Assembly: GCA_900550735.1 (NCBI GenBank)
Contig: URTD01000001.1
Location: forward strand, 1 to 39,928
From: an uncultured Collinsella sp.
GTDB taxonomy: Bacteria; Actinomycetota; Coriobacteriia; Coriobacteriales; Coriobacteriaceae
Reading direction: 5' to 3'
DNA length: 39,928 bases
The notes beneath the pieces are model-generated. The model ran no database searches. It had not been told where the DNA came from and was given only the letters and a program-made list of their open reading frames with translations. Made by a program: the position numbers and the translations under genes. Of the stretch, positions 1 to 12,200 are shown in pieces. The stretch's first letter is position 1. Every line of letters starts with the position of its first letter.

Positions 1-88
1 GGTCGCGCCCTTGAAGTTGAACGTCAGATTGTCCAAATGCGGCCCGCGCAGCGTCAAGCGGTTACGCGGTTTGGTAAAACCGCGTAAC
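1..88. repeat. Partial copy (cut by the window edge) of a dispersed structured repeat; ends in a 12-bp hairpin abutting the LCP stop codon
   Basis: Gap-free match to the 15559-15697 copy at offset 15609: TTGAACGTCAGATTG (17-31), GCAGCGTCnAGCnGTTAC (48-65) and hairpin GTTACGCGGTTT-ggta-AAACCGCGTAAC (61-88). Confidence 0.8.
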
Positions 89-1324
89 TTAGTAGTTGGC
101 TTCGTAGCCGTTGCCGTCGCCGGTGGGCTCTTCGTAGTAGTCCGAATCGCTCGAATCGCTTGAGTCATCGGAATCGTCAGAGCTGACCGATGAGGTTGCG
201 GTACCGTTTGCGTAGTCGTCAGACGTGTTGTTGTTCAGGTCGCCGATCGTAGAGCTGGAACCGTCGGAAAGACCCATGGTGTTGGGACCCTTGGGATCCT
301 TGCCGGCATCGACGCGCTCCATCATTTCCTTGAGCTCGTCCTCGTAGACAAAGACGTAGCTCACACCGTCGATCATGGTGCTGTCGTCGGCGTACGAGGG
401 CAGGTTGGCCGAGTAGATACCGTCGACATCCATACCGCGCATGGCGTTGACCGTAGCCACGATATCCTGAACGCTCATATCGGTTACAAGCATATCGGAC
501 AGCGAATTAACCAGGCCAAAGATCTTCGTGGCATCGAAGTTATTGAGAATCTGGTTGGCAAGGGCGCCAAGCACCTGACGCTGGTGGCGCATGCGCGTGT
601 AATCGCCGTCGGCATAGGTGTAGCGGCAGCGGGCATAGGTAAGGGCGGTGGCACCGTCCATATGCTGCTGGCCAGCGGTAATCTTAATATCCAGGTGCTC
701 GGGGTCGTCAACATCATCGGTTGCGTTAATGTCGATACCGCCAACCGAATCAATCAGCGCCTGCATACCGTCGAAGCTGACCTCGGCATAGTGGGAAATC
801 TGAACACCGCACAGCTCGTTGACCGCCTCGACCATGGCCTCGGCGCCGCCAACGGTATGGCAGGCGTTGATCTTCATGGTCTCGCCCTTGTACTCGACCT
901 TGGTGTCGCGCGGAACGGAAATGAGCGTCGCCTGCTTTTGCGTGGGGTCGATTCGTGCCAGGATAATCGAGTCGGCGCGATACGTATCCTCGCCCGGACG
1001 GCCGTCGGTGCCAAGAAGCAGCACGTAGAACGGATCCTTTGCCTCATCGGTGTCAACCAGAACCCGACGCAGATTGTCGGTAATGACATTAGAATCGCCG
1101 AGCTTGCCCATAATGGTGGCAAACCACAGGCCGGCAGCGGTAGTGGCACTCAGCAGCACGCCAAGCACGACAATGAGCGCGACGTGACGAATCGTGTGGC
1201 TACGACGGCGTTGGCGAGCGCGCTCGGAATAGCGAGCCACGTTATCGCGACTGTAGATCTTGGCCTGCGCACCAGTTGAGGGTCTTCGGGCGGTGGTATC
1301 CGCGAGGGGCTTTTTATTAAACAT
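89..1324 (-). CDS. LCP (LytR-CpsA-Psr) family cell-wall glycopolymer transferase
   Basis: Basic N-terminus, one TM helix, motifs LLLGTD, RADSI, SVPRD, KINA, YARCR, RMRHQ; Ser/Asp-rich tail. ATG at 1324 preferred over TTG at 1330. Confidence 0.92.
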   Translation of the reverse strand: MFNKKPLADTTARRPSTGAQAKIYSRDNVARYSERARQRRRSHTIRHVALIVVLGVLLSATTAAGLWFATIMGKLGDSNVITDNLRRVLVDTDEAKDPFYVLLLGTDGRPGEDTYRADSIILARIDPTQKQATLISVPRDTKVEYKGETMKINACHTVGGAEAMVEAVNELCGVQISHYAEVSFDGMQALIDSVGGIDINATDDVDDPEHLDIKITAGQQHMDGATALTYARCRYTYADGDYTRMRHQRQVLGALANQILNNFDATKIFGLVNSLSDMLVTDMSVQDIVATVNAMRGMDVDGIYSANLPSYADDSTMIDGVSYVFVYEDELKEMMERVDAGKDPKGPNTMGLSDGSSSTIGDLNNNTSDDYANGTATSSVSSDDSDDSSDSSDSDYYEEPTGDGNGYEANY

Positions 1325-1336
1325 AGGCAACCTGTA

Positions 1337-2620
1337 TTAGTAGATGACGGGATCGGGGACGGTAGCATGCTCGACATGCGCGCCGAGCGCCTGCAGCTTT
1401 TCGACAAACTGCTCGTAGCCGCGCTTGATGTGATGAATGGCCGAAACCTCGGTCGTCCCGTCGGCGATCAAGCCCGCTACGACGAGGGCCGCTCCGCCAC
1501 GCAGATCGGGCGAGGTAACCTGTGCACCCGAGAAGCCCTTGACGCCATGAATCATGGCATGATGACTCTCGATACGAATGTCGGCACCCATGCGCACCAG
1601 CTCAGAGGCAAACATAAAGCGATTCTCGAAGATGTTCTCGGTAATAACGGAACTGCCGTCGGCAAGGGCGGAGAGTACCATAATCTGTGCCTGCATGTCC
1701 GTCGGGAAGCCGGGGAACGGAAGCGTCTGGATGTCGACCGGCTTGATACGCTCGGCACGGTTCACATGGACGCCATCCTCGACGCGCTCGCAGTCGATAC
1801 CCATGAGCTCCATCTTCTTGAGCACCATGCCCAAGTGAATGGGGCAAAAGCCCGTGACATCGATACCGCGATCGTCGGCCATCAACGCACCGGCAACGAT
1901 AAAGGTACCGGCCTCGATTCGGTCGCCCACCACGCGATGGGTAACAGGATGCAACTCTTCCACGCCCTCGATGGTCACGACAGGCGTGCCGGCGCCGACA
2001 ATCTTAGCGCCCATCTCGTTGAGCATGTTGGCGAGATCGACGATCTCGGGCTCGCGGGCGGCATTGTCGATAACCGTGGTGCCCTGCGCGCGCACGGATG
2101 CCATGATGAGGTTCTCGGTCGCACCGACGCTGGCGAACTCGAGCGTGACGGTGGTACCGCGCAGACCTTGGGGCGCATTAGCGTTGATGTAACCGTGGGC
2201 GGTATCGAACTCAACGCCCAGGGCCTCAAGACCAAGAATGTGCATATCGATCTTGCGAGCACCCAGGTTGCAGCCGCCCGGCATGGCAATCTTGGCGCGA
2301 TGGAAGCGGCCCAGCAGGGGTCCCATGACGGCGGTGGAAGCACGCATCTTGGCAACGAGCTCGTAGGGGGCCTCCCAAGAATCGACCTGAGAGGTATCAA
2401 TCTCGAGCGTGCGCTCGTCGAGAACATCGATCGTAGCGCCCATGCCCTTGAGCACCTTGCCCATCACATGGACATCGGAAATATCGGGCACGTTCTGCAG
2501 CGTCGTCTTGCCCGGCGCCAGAAGCGTTGCCGCCATGAGTTTGAGCGCGGAGTTCTTGGCGCCCGAAACGGGCACGGAGCCTCCGATGGCGTGGCCACCC
2601 TCAACGCGGATAATATCCAA
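1337..2620 (-). CDS. murA: UDP-N-acetylglucosamine 1-carboxyvinyltransferase
   Basis: SGAKNS, KMRAS, PGGCNLGAR (catalytic Cys), ASVGATEN, PFPGFPTDMQ, DLRGG; TTG start with GAAAGGG RBS. Confidence 0.97.
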   Translation of the reverse strand: MDIIRVEGGHAIGGSVPVSGAKNSALKLMAATLLAPGKTTLQNVPDISDVHVMGKVLKGMGATIDVLDERTLEIDTSQVDSWEAPYELVAKMRASTAVMGPLLGRFHRAKIAMPGGCNLGARKIDMHILGLEALGVEFDTAHGYINANAPQGLRGTTVTLEFASVGATENLIMASVRAQGTTVIDNAAREPEIVDLANMLNEMGAKIVGAGTPVVTIEGVEELHPVTHRVVGDRIEAGTFIVAGALMADDRGIDVTGFCPIHLGMVLKKMELMGIDCERVEDGVHVNRAERIKPVDIQTLPFPGFPTDMQAQIMVLSALADGSSVITENIFENRFMFASELVRMGADIRIESHHAMIHGVKGFSGAQVTSPDLRGGAALVVAGLIADGTTEVSAIHHIKRGYEQFVEKLQALGAHVEHATVPDPVIY

Positions 2621-2633
2621 GGTCTACCCTTTC

Positions 2634-2672
2634 AAAAAGCATGCCCGGGGTGGCTGGGCCATCCCGGGCATG
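2634..2672 (-). terminator. Intrinsic terminator-like hairpin after atpC
   Basis: Minus strand CATGCCCGGGATGGC-cca-GCCACCCCGGGCATG (15-bp stem, 1 mismatch) followed by CTTTTT. Confidence 0.7.
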
Positions 2673-2708
2673 ATGTGTTCGCAAATGGTCGAACGCTAAA
2701 TCGTTTGA

Positions 2709-3101
2709 CTATTGGGCAAGCTTGAGCTTACACCATGCGATTTCATTATAGAGGTAGGCGCGGCGTGCATCATCCTCCGACAAATTACCCAGCTTCTCTT
2801 CAAAACCTTGAATATCAGCTTTAAGCTTGTCGGCATCGACGGTCGCCAAATCGCAAGCGCGCTCGGCGAGAACGGTCACGACATCGTCCGCAACCTGGGC
2901 ATAGCCGCCGGCCACGGCAAACGTGTGGTCGACAGTGCCCATGGCCTTATCGGAAACGCGAACGTAACCGCGGTCGATCGTGCAGATCTCGCTGGAGTGA
3001 GCAGGCAGAACGCCAAACTCGCCATCCGTGGACGGAATCGACACAAACGCAGCGTCGCCCTCATAGGCGCAGCTCACGGGGCACACGATGCGGATACGCA
3101 T
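2709..3101 (-). CDS. atpC: F0F1 ATP synthase subunit epsilon
   Basis: GEFGVLPAH and VAGGYAQV motifs; last gene of the atp operon. Confidence 0.93.
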   Translation of the reverse strand: MRIRIVCPVSCAYEGDAAFVSIPSTDGEFGVLPAHSSEICTIDRGYVRVSDKAMGTVDHTFAVAGGYAQVADDVVTVLAERACDLATVDADKLKADIQGFEEKLGNLSEDDARRAYLYNEIAWCKLKLAQ

Positions 3102-3104
3102 AAC

Positions 3105-5467
<2,363 letters not shown>

Positions 5468-5472
5468 GGGGC

Positions 5473-7071
5473 TTAGTTCTCCTCTGATCCAGAAACATCC
5501 GAATGGTGCTTGGCCATGAACTGCTGCTTGAAGTCGCCGATGACGCGCAAGAGCTCAGCCTTGGTGTCATCATCGATCTTCTTGGCGCGAACCTTGTCGA
5601 GCAGCGAGCCAAAGCCATTGTCCATGTACTCGATGAGCTCGGCACGGAAGGGCAGCACGTCGGCGATCTCCAGGTCATCCAGGAAACCCTCGTTGCCAGC
5701 GAACAGCGTAACGATCTGCTCGCCAACCTCAAACGGCTTGTAACGCGGCTGCTTCAGGAGCTCGGTCATGCGAGCACCGTGGGTCAGCTGCTTCTGAGTA
5801 GCCTCGTCGAGGTCGGAGCCGAACTGCGTAAAGCCAGCGAGCTCCTGATAGGAAGCGAGGTCCAGACGGAGGTTGCCGGCGACCTGCTTCATGGCCTTGG
5901 TCTGCGCATCGCCACCGACGCGGGACACGGAAATGCCCACGTCAACTGCCGGGCGCTGGCCCTGGAAGAAGAGCTCGGACTGCAGGTAGATCTGACCATC
6001 GGTAATGGAAATGACGTTGGTCGGAATGTAGGCCGAGACGTCGCCGTCCTGGGTCTCGATGATCGGCAGTGCCGTCATGGAGCCGTAACCGTTCTTCTTG
6101 GACATCTTGACGGCACGCTCGAGCAGACGAGAGTGCAGGTAGAAGATGTCGCCAGGATAGGCCTCGCGTCCGGGCGGACGATGCAGCGTCAGCGACATCT
6201 GACGGTAGGCCACAGCCTGCTTGGACAGGTCGTCGTAGATGACGAGCACGTGGCCGCCGGGGTTGGTCTCGCTGGCGGGCTTGCCGTCCTCGCCGTTGTA
6301 CATGAAGAACTCGCCAATAGCGGCACCGGCCATAGGCGCGATGTACTGCATAGGGGCGGAATCGGCAGCAGTGGCCGAAACGATGATGGTGTAGTCGAGC
6401 GCACCGTGCTGAGCGAGGGTCTCACGGATGTTGGCAACCGTGGAGGCCTTCTGGCCGATGGCGACATAGATGCAGACCATGCCCTTGCCGCGCTGGTTGA
6501 GGATAGCGTCGATGGCGATGGCGGTCTTACCGGTCTTACGGTCGCCGATGATGAGCTCACGCTGACCGCGGCCAATAGGCACCATGGAGTCGATAGCGAG
6601 CAGACCGGTCTGAACCGGCTCGCACACCGGGGTACGATCGATGACGCCGGGAGCCTTGAACTCGATGGGGCGACGGTGCGTGGCGACGATGTCGCCCAGG
6701 CCGTCGATGGGCTGGCCGAGCGGATTGACGACGCGGCCGAGCATGGCACGGCTCACGGGGATATCCATAATGCGGCCAGTGGTGCGGCACTCGTCGCCTT
6801 CCTTGATGGAGTCGACGGCACCAAACAGAACGGCGCCGACCTCGTCACGGTCAAGGTTCTGGGCAAGGCCGAAGACGGTCTCACCGGTATCGGAGCTCTT
6901 GAACTCCAGAAGCTCGCCTGCCATGGCGCTCTTGAGGCCGGAGACGCGCGCGATGCCGTCGCCTACCTCGTCGACCGTTGAAACCTCATGCGTATCGACC
7001 GTCGCGGAGAGGCTCGTGAGCTGCTCCTGCAGTTTCTTGGCGATATCCTGGGCATTGAGGGTTTCGGACAT
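5473..7071 (-). CDS. atpA: F0F1 ATP synthase subunit alpha
   Basis: [37 protein letters not shown]. Confidence 0.99.
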   Translation of the reverse strand: MSETLNAQDIAKKLQEQLTSLSATVDTHEVSTVDEVGDGIARVSGLKSAMAGELLEFKSSDTGETVFGLAQNLDRDEVGAVLFGAVDSIKEGDECRTTGRIMDIPVSRAMLGRVVNPLGQPIDGLGDIVATHRRPIEFKAPGVIDRTPVCEPVQTGLLAIDSMVPIGRGQRELIIGDRKTGKTAIAIDAILNQRGKGMVCIYVAIGQKASTVANIRETLAQHGALDYTIIVSATAADSAPMQYIAPMAGAAIGEFFMYNGEDGKPASETNPGGHVLVIYDDLSKQAVAYRQMSLTLHRPPGREAYPGDIFYLHSRLLERAVKMSKKNGYGSMTALPIIETQDGDVSAYIPTNVISITDGQIYLQSELFFQGQRPAVDVGISVSRVGGDAQTKAMKQVAGNLRLDLASYQELAGFTQFGSDLDEATQKQLTHGARMTELLKQPRYKPFEVGEQIVTLFAGNEGFLDDLEIADVLPFRAELIEYMDNGFGSLLDKVRAKKIDDDTKAELLRVIGDFKQQFMAKHHSDVSGSEEN

Positions 7072-7547
7072 TAGGCTTCACCTCCGTACGAATTAGCAGA
7101 GTTTGCGAGGGTCTCCTGCGCGATGCGCAGCTGCGTCTTGACGGAAATGTCACGACGCTCGCCGCGGGCCTCGAGCACCAGGCCGCCCACGATAGACGGG
7201 TCGACCTGCTCGATAAGGAATACCTTGCGGCCGAAGTCCTGCTCGCATTTCTTAGTGATGGTTTGACGCAGCTCGTCGTCGAGCGGGATCGCCGTGGTGA
7301 CGGTCACGCCCACTACATCCTCGTCTTCCTCGGCAACATACTTAAAGGCAGCTGCCACCTTGGGAAGAAGGTCGAGCTGGTCGCGCTTGGACATGGTGTC
7401 GAGCACGGCGATGATCTCGGGGCTGGCAGAAGCCAAGCGCTCGACCATCTCGAGGTCCTCGAACACATGGTTCTCGGCCTTGGCGGCTTCCAAAAGGGAA
7501 CGCGCGTAGGTCTCGAGCACCTTGTCCTGATAGCGGCTAGTCGGCAT
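7071..7547 (-). CDS. atpH: F0F1 ATP synthase subunit delta (short form)
   Basis: YARSL near the N-terminus, VTTAIPL and [11 protein letters not shown]-terminal motifs; lies between atpF and atpA. Confidence 0.9.
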   Translation of the reverse strand: MPTSRYQDKVLETYARSLLEAAKAENHVFEDLEMVERLASASPEIIAVLDTMSKRDQLDLLPKVAAAFKYVAEEDEDVVGVTVTTAIPLDDELRQTITKKCEQDFGRKVFLIEQVDPSIVGGLVLEARGERRDISVKTQLRIAQETLANSANSYGGEA

Positions 7548-8139
7548 TCAGGCTACCTGCTTCCTGGATGTAGCGCTCGATGAGCTTCTTCTGCTCGGCA
7601 TCGTCCTCGAGTGCCTCGCCCACGATCTTGGTGGCAACGGCAACGGACAGGTCGGCGATGGAGCTCGCGGCACCGGCGTAGATGGTCTTGCGCTCGTCCT
7701 CGACGGTCGTATGGGCCTTGGCGATGATCTCCTCGGCCTCCTTGTGAGCAGCCTCGATGATACGGGCACGCTCGGACTCGGCGTCCTTACGGGCCTCGAG
7801 AACGATGTCGGCAGCCTGACGACGGGCGTCGGTGACGATCGAGTCGGACTCAGCGCGCTTGGCGATAGCCTCCTGCTTGGTCTTCTCGGCCTCGTCGAGG
7901 CTCTCCTCGATCTTCTTGCCGCGCTCCTCCATGGTTTTCATGATGCCCGGCAGGGCGACCTTGGCCAGCACGATCCAGATAATCAGGAAGGCGATAAGCG
8001 CCGGGATGAACTCCGCCATCTTAGGGATGAGGATGTCCGCACCGGCAGCGCCGTCCTCGGCGAACGCGGAAACCGGCATGAGCAGCGCGGCCGCGGACGC
8101 GGAGAGTGCGATCGCGCTCTTCTGGGATGAAAGATTCAT
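7537..8139 (-). CDS. atpF: F0F1 ATP synthase subunit b with N-terminal extension
   Basis: TM helix (FIPALIAFLIIWIVLAKVALP) then a long Ala/Glu/Lys coiled coil; operon position. Confidence 0.93.
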   Translation of the reverse strand: MNLSSQKSAIALSASAAALLMPVSAFAEDGAAGADILIPKMAEFIPALIAFLIIWIVLAKVALPGIMKTMEERGKKIEESLDEAEKTKQEAIAKRAESDSIVTDARRQAADIVLEARKDAESERARIIEAAHKEAEEIIAKAHTTVEDERKTIYAGAASSIADLSVAVATKIVGEALEDDAEQKKLIERYIQEAGSLNAD

Positions 8140-8154
8140 ACTTGACGCTCCGTG

Positions 8155-8349
8155 CTATTTAACGATCAGCGCGACAACGAAGCCGATCAGAGCCAGAGCC
8201 TCGCCGAAAGCGGAGCCCATGATGAAGACGGTGAACACGCGGCCCTGGACCTCAGGCTGACGGGCCATAGCACCCGTAGCACCCAGAGCAGACAGGCCGA
8301 TAGCAAGACCAGCGCCGATAACACCGAGACCGTAACCGATAACTCCCAC
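8155..8349 (-). CDS. atpE: F0F1 ATP synthase subunit c
   Basis: Gly-repeat helix, ARQPE loop, essential Glu (GEAL); GTG start with AAGGAGG RBS. Confidence 0.96.
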   Translation of the reverse strand: MGVIGYGLGVIGAGLAIGLSALGATGAMARQPEVQGRVFTVFIMGSAFGEALALIGFVVALIVK

Positions 8350-8473
8350 GATTCCTCCTTTGTCGTGCGTGTCTTATTTCACGCAGGATAACCTTTTTAT
8401 AACTGCCGGGCTCCATGGGTACGGGCACCGGCGGTTTAACGAATTGCCTTACCTTTAAGGCACGAACGGAAGA

Positions 8474-9277
8474 CTACTCCTCCTCCGCGACCTCCTCTGC
8501 CTCGGAGACATACACGGCGGTAAGGACCGTGAAGACGTAAGCCTGGATGGCGCCGACCACAAGCTCGATCGCATAGATCAGGATGAGGATGGCAAGCCAG
8601 GCCAGCGAAGGCAGGGCGCCGACGGCGTGGGCCGCGGAAACCTGCTGAAGCAGCGGCTGCATGAACATGCTCGCCATGATGGCGAACGAGCCCATGACCA
8701 CGTGTCCTGCGAACATGTTGCAGAACAGACGGACGGCAAGCGTGATGAGGCGCAGGAAGGTCGAGAAAAGCTCGACGACCCACACGAGCACGTTCATCGG
8801 GAAGCTCACGCCCTGCGGGGCGAGGCTCTTGATGTAGCCGATCACGCCGTGAGCCTTGCATCCGTAGTAGATGAAGTACACGAAGGCGAAAATGGCGAGT
8901 GCGGCGGTGGAGCCGATTGCGCCGGTGCCGGGCTTCATTCCCGGGATCAGGCCGATCATGTTATTGATCAGGATGAACAGGAAAAGCGAGCACAGGAACG
9001 GGAAGTGCTTCTTCCAGTTCTCACCCACGACACCCTTGCCGATATCGTTCTCGACGTACTCGATGATGTACTCGAAACCGTTGACGAAGAAGCCCTTGGG
9101 AACCAGGGTCTGCTTCTTCTTGAACACGGCCAGGACGATCAGGAGCACGATCGTGGAGACGATCAGCCAAAACGAGTACTGCGTGATGCCGCAGCTCAGA
9201 TCGCCCACGACAGGGGTGGAGCTGAACTCGCTGACCAGATGATTAATCTCATCAGGCAGCTTTTCAAAAATTTCCAC
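8474..9277 (-). CDS. atpB: F0F1 ATP synthase subunit a
   Basis: NNMIGLIP, LAVRLFCNMFAGH (essential Arg), IQAYVF. Confidence 0.97.
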   Translation of the reverse strand: MEIFEKLPDEINHLVSEFSSTPVVGDLSCGITQYSFWLIVSTIVLLIVLAVFKKKQTLVPKGFFVNGFEYIIEYVENDIGKGVVGENWKKHFPFLCSLFLFILINNMIGLIPGMKPGTGAIGSTAALAIFAFVYFIYYGCKAHGVIGYIKSLAPQGVSFPMNVLVWVVELFSTFLRLITLAVRLFCNMFAGHVVMGSFAIMASMFMQPLLQQVSAAHAVGALPSLAWLAILILIYAIELVVGAIQAYVFTVLTAVYVSEAEEVAEEE

Positions 9278-9280
9278 GAC

Positions 9281-9604
9281 TTACCTTTCGACCTCATGAG
9301 GATCTCGCAGCGCCTTGGCGACGCGAACCGCGCAGGCGGCCATAAAGGCCACGAAGCCGATCGCCTCGCCCAGGAGGAACATGCGAAATGCCTCTCCGAA
9401 CAACACAAACACAACCAAGGTAAAGACAAGCAACGCGATTGCCGAGACCGCGAGACTCACCATACCCTTGAGCATGTCCGCATTCTGCTTATCGTCAAGA
9501 ACCGGCTTGAGCGTAAAGACAAAGGGAAGGAAGGCAATCGCGCCCGCGATGGCACCTGCAACGATAGCGAGCAGATCGGCTATCTGAAACACTGGCGTCC
9601 TCAC
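9281..9604 (-). CDS. Small membrane protein, AtpI-like position (start uncertain)
   Basis: About three hydrophobic helices; first ORF of the atp operon, 3 nt from atpB. Confidence 0.65.
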   Translation of the reverse strand: MRTPVFQIADLLAIVAGAIAGAIAFLPFVFTLKPVLDDKQNADMLKGMVSLAVSAIALLVFTLVVFVLFGEAFRMFLLGEAIGFVAFMAACAVRVAKALRDPHEVER

Positions 9605-9654
9605 TTTCCTTTTTTATCGCCTCACAGGACAGTTCCCGCCAAACATTGGTGACT

Positions 9655-9682
9655 ATTGTACGAGCCAATCGCTAAAGTACAA
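9655..9682 (-). promoter_or_regulatory. Candidate sigma70-type promoter of the atp operon
   Basis: Minus strand TTGTAC-16 nt-TACAAT in an AT-rich intergenic region. Confidence 0.4.
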
Positions 9683-9797
9683 CCGTAAAACAAACGGTTA
9701 ATACGCACCTGTACGTTTTCTTAAGGCCTTCTTTATGCCGCAGGTACGGTAATACGTTTTTCTCGAACCCTGCAGGGCAAAACGTCCGTTAACAGGA

Positions 9798-9832
9798 GTG
9801 CGCGCGGTCGCCTTTTGTTCGACCGCGCGCAC
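9798..9832 (-). terminator. Hairpin downstream of upp (possible terminator)
   Basis: Perfect 13-bp inverted repeat GTGCGCGCGGTCG / CGACCGCGCGCAC; weak U-tract. Confidence 0.5.
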
Positions 9833-9874
9833 CGTTTCTTCGTATTTGCAGCCGCGGCCGTCTTAGCCCAGCGA

Positions 9875-10522
9875 CTAGAGCGTGCCGAAGATGCGGTCGC
9901 CGGCGTCGCCGAGGCCGGGAACGATGTAGGCGGCCTCGTTGAGATGGTCGTCGATGGCGCACGTATAAATATGTACGTCGGGGTCCTTTTCGGTCAGTGA
10001 CTTGAGGCCCTCGGGCGCGGCGACGATGCACAGCATGCGGATATCCTTGACACCGCGCTCGCGCAGGTAGCTGATGGCCATCTCGGCCGAACCGCCCGTG
10101 GCGAGCATGGGGTCGACGACCAGGCAGATGCGCTGGTCGATATCCTTGGGCATCTTGCAGTAATACTCGTGCGGCTCGTGGGTGACCTCGTCGCGCTCCA
10201 TGCCGATGTGGCCCACGCGAGCGGAGGGCACCAGGTCGAGGATACCGTCGACCATGCCAAGGCCCGCACGCAGGATGGGCACGATGGCGAGTTTCTTGCC
10301 GGCAAGCTGTTTGAACGTGGCGGTAGTGATGGGGGTCTCGACCTCGACGTCTTCCATAGGCAGGTCGCGCATGGCCTCGTAGCCGTCAAAAAGCGCGAGT
10401 TCGCGCACGAGCTGACGGAACTGGTTGGTGCCGGTGTTTTTGTCGCGCAGGATCGACAGCTTGTGCTGGACGAGCGGATGATCGACAAGCGTCACACGGG
10501 ACGCATCGTAGGTGACGGTCAT
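9875..10522 (-). CDS. upp: Uracil phosphoribosyltransferase
   Basis: [40 protein letters not shown] at 10522 with AAGGGG RBS. Confidence 0.98.
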   Translation of the reverse strand: MTVTYDASRVTLVDHPLVQHKLSILRDKNTGTNQFRQLVRELALFDGYEAMRDLPMEDVEVETPITTATFKQLAGKKLAIVPILRAGLGMVDGILDLVPSARVGHIGMERDEVTHEPHEYYCKMPKDIDQRICLVVDPMLATGGSAEMAISYLRERGVKDIRMLCIVAAPEGLKSLTEKDPDVHIYTCAIDDHLNEAAYIVPGLGDAGDRIFGTL

Positions 10523-10645
10523 GGGTTGATTGCCCCTTTCGTTGCAGCCGCAAAACGGCCTTGCTGACAAGGCGCGCAGCAATGTTGCCGCCGCACGCCA
10601 TGCATAAGTTTAGCGGTTTGTTGTATCGAACAGCCCATCGCAGCC

Positions 10646-12187
10646 CTACTGTGCGGTACTGAGCGAGCGCTTGACTGCATCACGCCAGCCCGCAAGGTTT
10701 TGCTCGCGACGCTCGGCGGGCATATGGGGAAGGAAGGTCCTAACGATCTGGGCATTTTGCTCCAGCTCTTCAAGGTCTTCCCAATAGCCGACGGCAAGAC
10801 CCGCCAAGTACGCGGCACCGATTGCCGTGGTCTCCACCGTCTCGCATTGCAGCACGGGGATATCCAGCAGGTCGGCCTGGAATTGCATGATGAACTCGTT
10901 GCGTGAGGCGCCGCCATCGACGGACAGGCGCTCAATCGAAAGTCCCACGTCCTGCTCCATGGCGCGCAGCACGTCATAACTCTGGTAGGCCATGGACTCG
11001 CAGGCCGCACGCACAATGGTCGCGCGACTCGAGGCACCGGTCAGGCCGCACACGATACCGCGGGCACGCGGGTCCCACCAAGGAGCGCCCAGGCCAGCGA
11101 AGGCGGGGACGAAGTAGCAGCCCTCGTTGTCGTTGATCGAAGCGGCGAGTTGCGCGGACTCGCTCACACTCGAGATGATGCCCATGTTGTTGCGCAGCCA
11201 GTTCATGGTTGAGCCGGCGGCAAAGATAGAACCCTCGAGCGCATAGCTGATCTTGCCGTCCGCGGCGATACCGATCGTGGAGACCAGACCGTTCTTGGAT
11301 TCGACGACCTCGTCGCCGGTGTTCATGAGCATAAAGCAACCCGTGCCATAGGTGTTTTTGGTCTGGCCGGGATAGAAGCAGCAGTGGCCGAACAGCGATG
11401 CCTGCTGGTCGCCCGCCACGCCCATGATGGGCGGCATGTTGGTCATGATGTCGCTCGCGACGCGGCCGTAGTCGCCCGAGCTCCAGCGAACCTCGGGCAT
11501 CATGGAACGTGGAACGTCAAAGAGCGCCAGCAGGTCGTCGTCCCAATCGAGCGTATGGATATTAAAGAGTGCCGTGCGGCTGGCATTGGTGTAGTCGGTG
11601 GCAAAGACCTGGCCGCCGGTGAGGTTGTAGATGAGCCAGGTGTCGATGGTGCCAAACATGAGGTCGCCCGCCGCCGCGCTCTCGCGTGCGCCGTCGACGT
11701 TGTCGAGAATCCACTGCACCTTGGAGGCCGAGAAATACGGGTCAAGCGTAAGTCCCGTGCGGGAGCGCACCAGCTCCTCGCAACCCTGTTCAACCAACGC
11801 GTCGATCGCCGGCGCGGTACGACGGCACTGCCATACGATGGCGTTATAGATGGGCTGGCCGCTCACGCGGTCCCAGACCACCGTGGTCTCGCGCTGGTTG
11901 GAGATGCCGATGGCGGCGATGCGATCGGAATGGATGCCGCTCTTAAACTGAACCTCCATCATCACGCCGATCTGGCTGGCAAGCACCTCCGTGGGATCCT
12001 GCTCCACCCAGCCGGGGCGCGGGAAGCTGGTTTTGACGCTACGACGCGCCTGGGCAACGATGCAGCCGTATTCGTCGACAATGGCCGCGAGTACCGAGGT
12101 AGTGCCGCAGTCGAGCGCCATGATGTAGGAACCGCCAAAGTTAAACGAGGCATCTTCCATGCCCAGGCTGCCCAGATTCAACGACAT
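10646..12187 (-). CDS. glpK: Glycerol kinase (FGGY family)
   Basis: GWVEQDP, NQRET, IVWQCRR, YFSASK, TDYTNASRT, GDQQA, KNTYGTGCF, ALEG. Confidence 0.9.
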   Translation of the reverse strand: MSLNLGSLGMEDASFNFGGSYIMALDCGTTSVLAAIVDEYGCIVAQARRSVKTSFPRPGWVEQDPTEVLASQIGVMMEVQFKSGIHSDRIAAIGISNQRETTVVWDRVSGQPIYNAIVWQCRRTAPAIDALVEQGCEELVRSRTGLTLDPYFSASKVQWILDNVDGARESAAAGDLMFGTIDTWLIYNLTGGQVFATDYTNASRTALFNIHTLDWDDDLLALFDVPRSMMPEVRWSSGDYGRVASDIMTNMPPIMGVAGDQQASLFGHCCFYPGQTKNTYGTGCFMLMNTGDEVVESKNGLVSTIGIAADGKISYALEGSIFAAGSTMNWLRNNMGIISSVSESAQLAASINDNEGCYFVPAFAGLGAPWWDPRARGIVCGLTGASSRATIVRAACESMAYQSYDVLRAMEQDVGLSIERLSVDGGASRNEFIMQFQADLLDIPVLQCETVETTAIGAAYLAGLAVGYWEDLEELEQNAQIVRTFLPHMPAERREQNLAGWRDAVKRSLSTAQ

Positions 12188-12200
12188 CGCTTACACCCTT

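Noticed and set aside
95..260. Ser/Asp-rich low-complexity tail of the LCP protein
   Set aside because: Common disordered tail in LCP proteins; no exact DNA tandem repeat
8155..8349. Possible Na+-coupled ATP synthase
   Set aside because: Subunit c has GEAL and lacks the Gln...Glu-Ser/Thr sodium signature; consistent with H+ coupling
8403..8435. Imperfect hairpin between atpB and atpE
   Set aside because: Weak stem; possibly an mRNA stabiliser but not supportable from sequence alone
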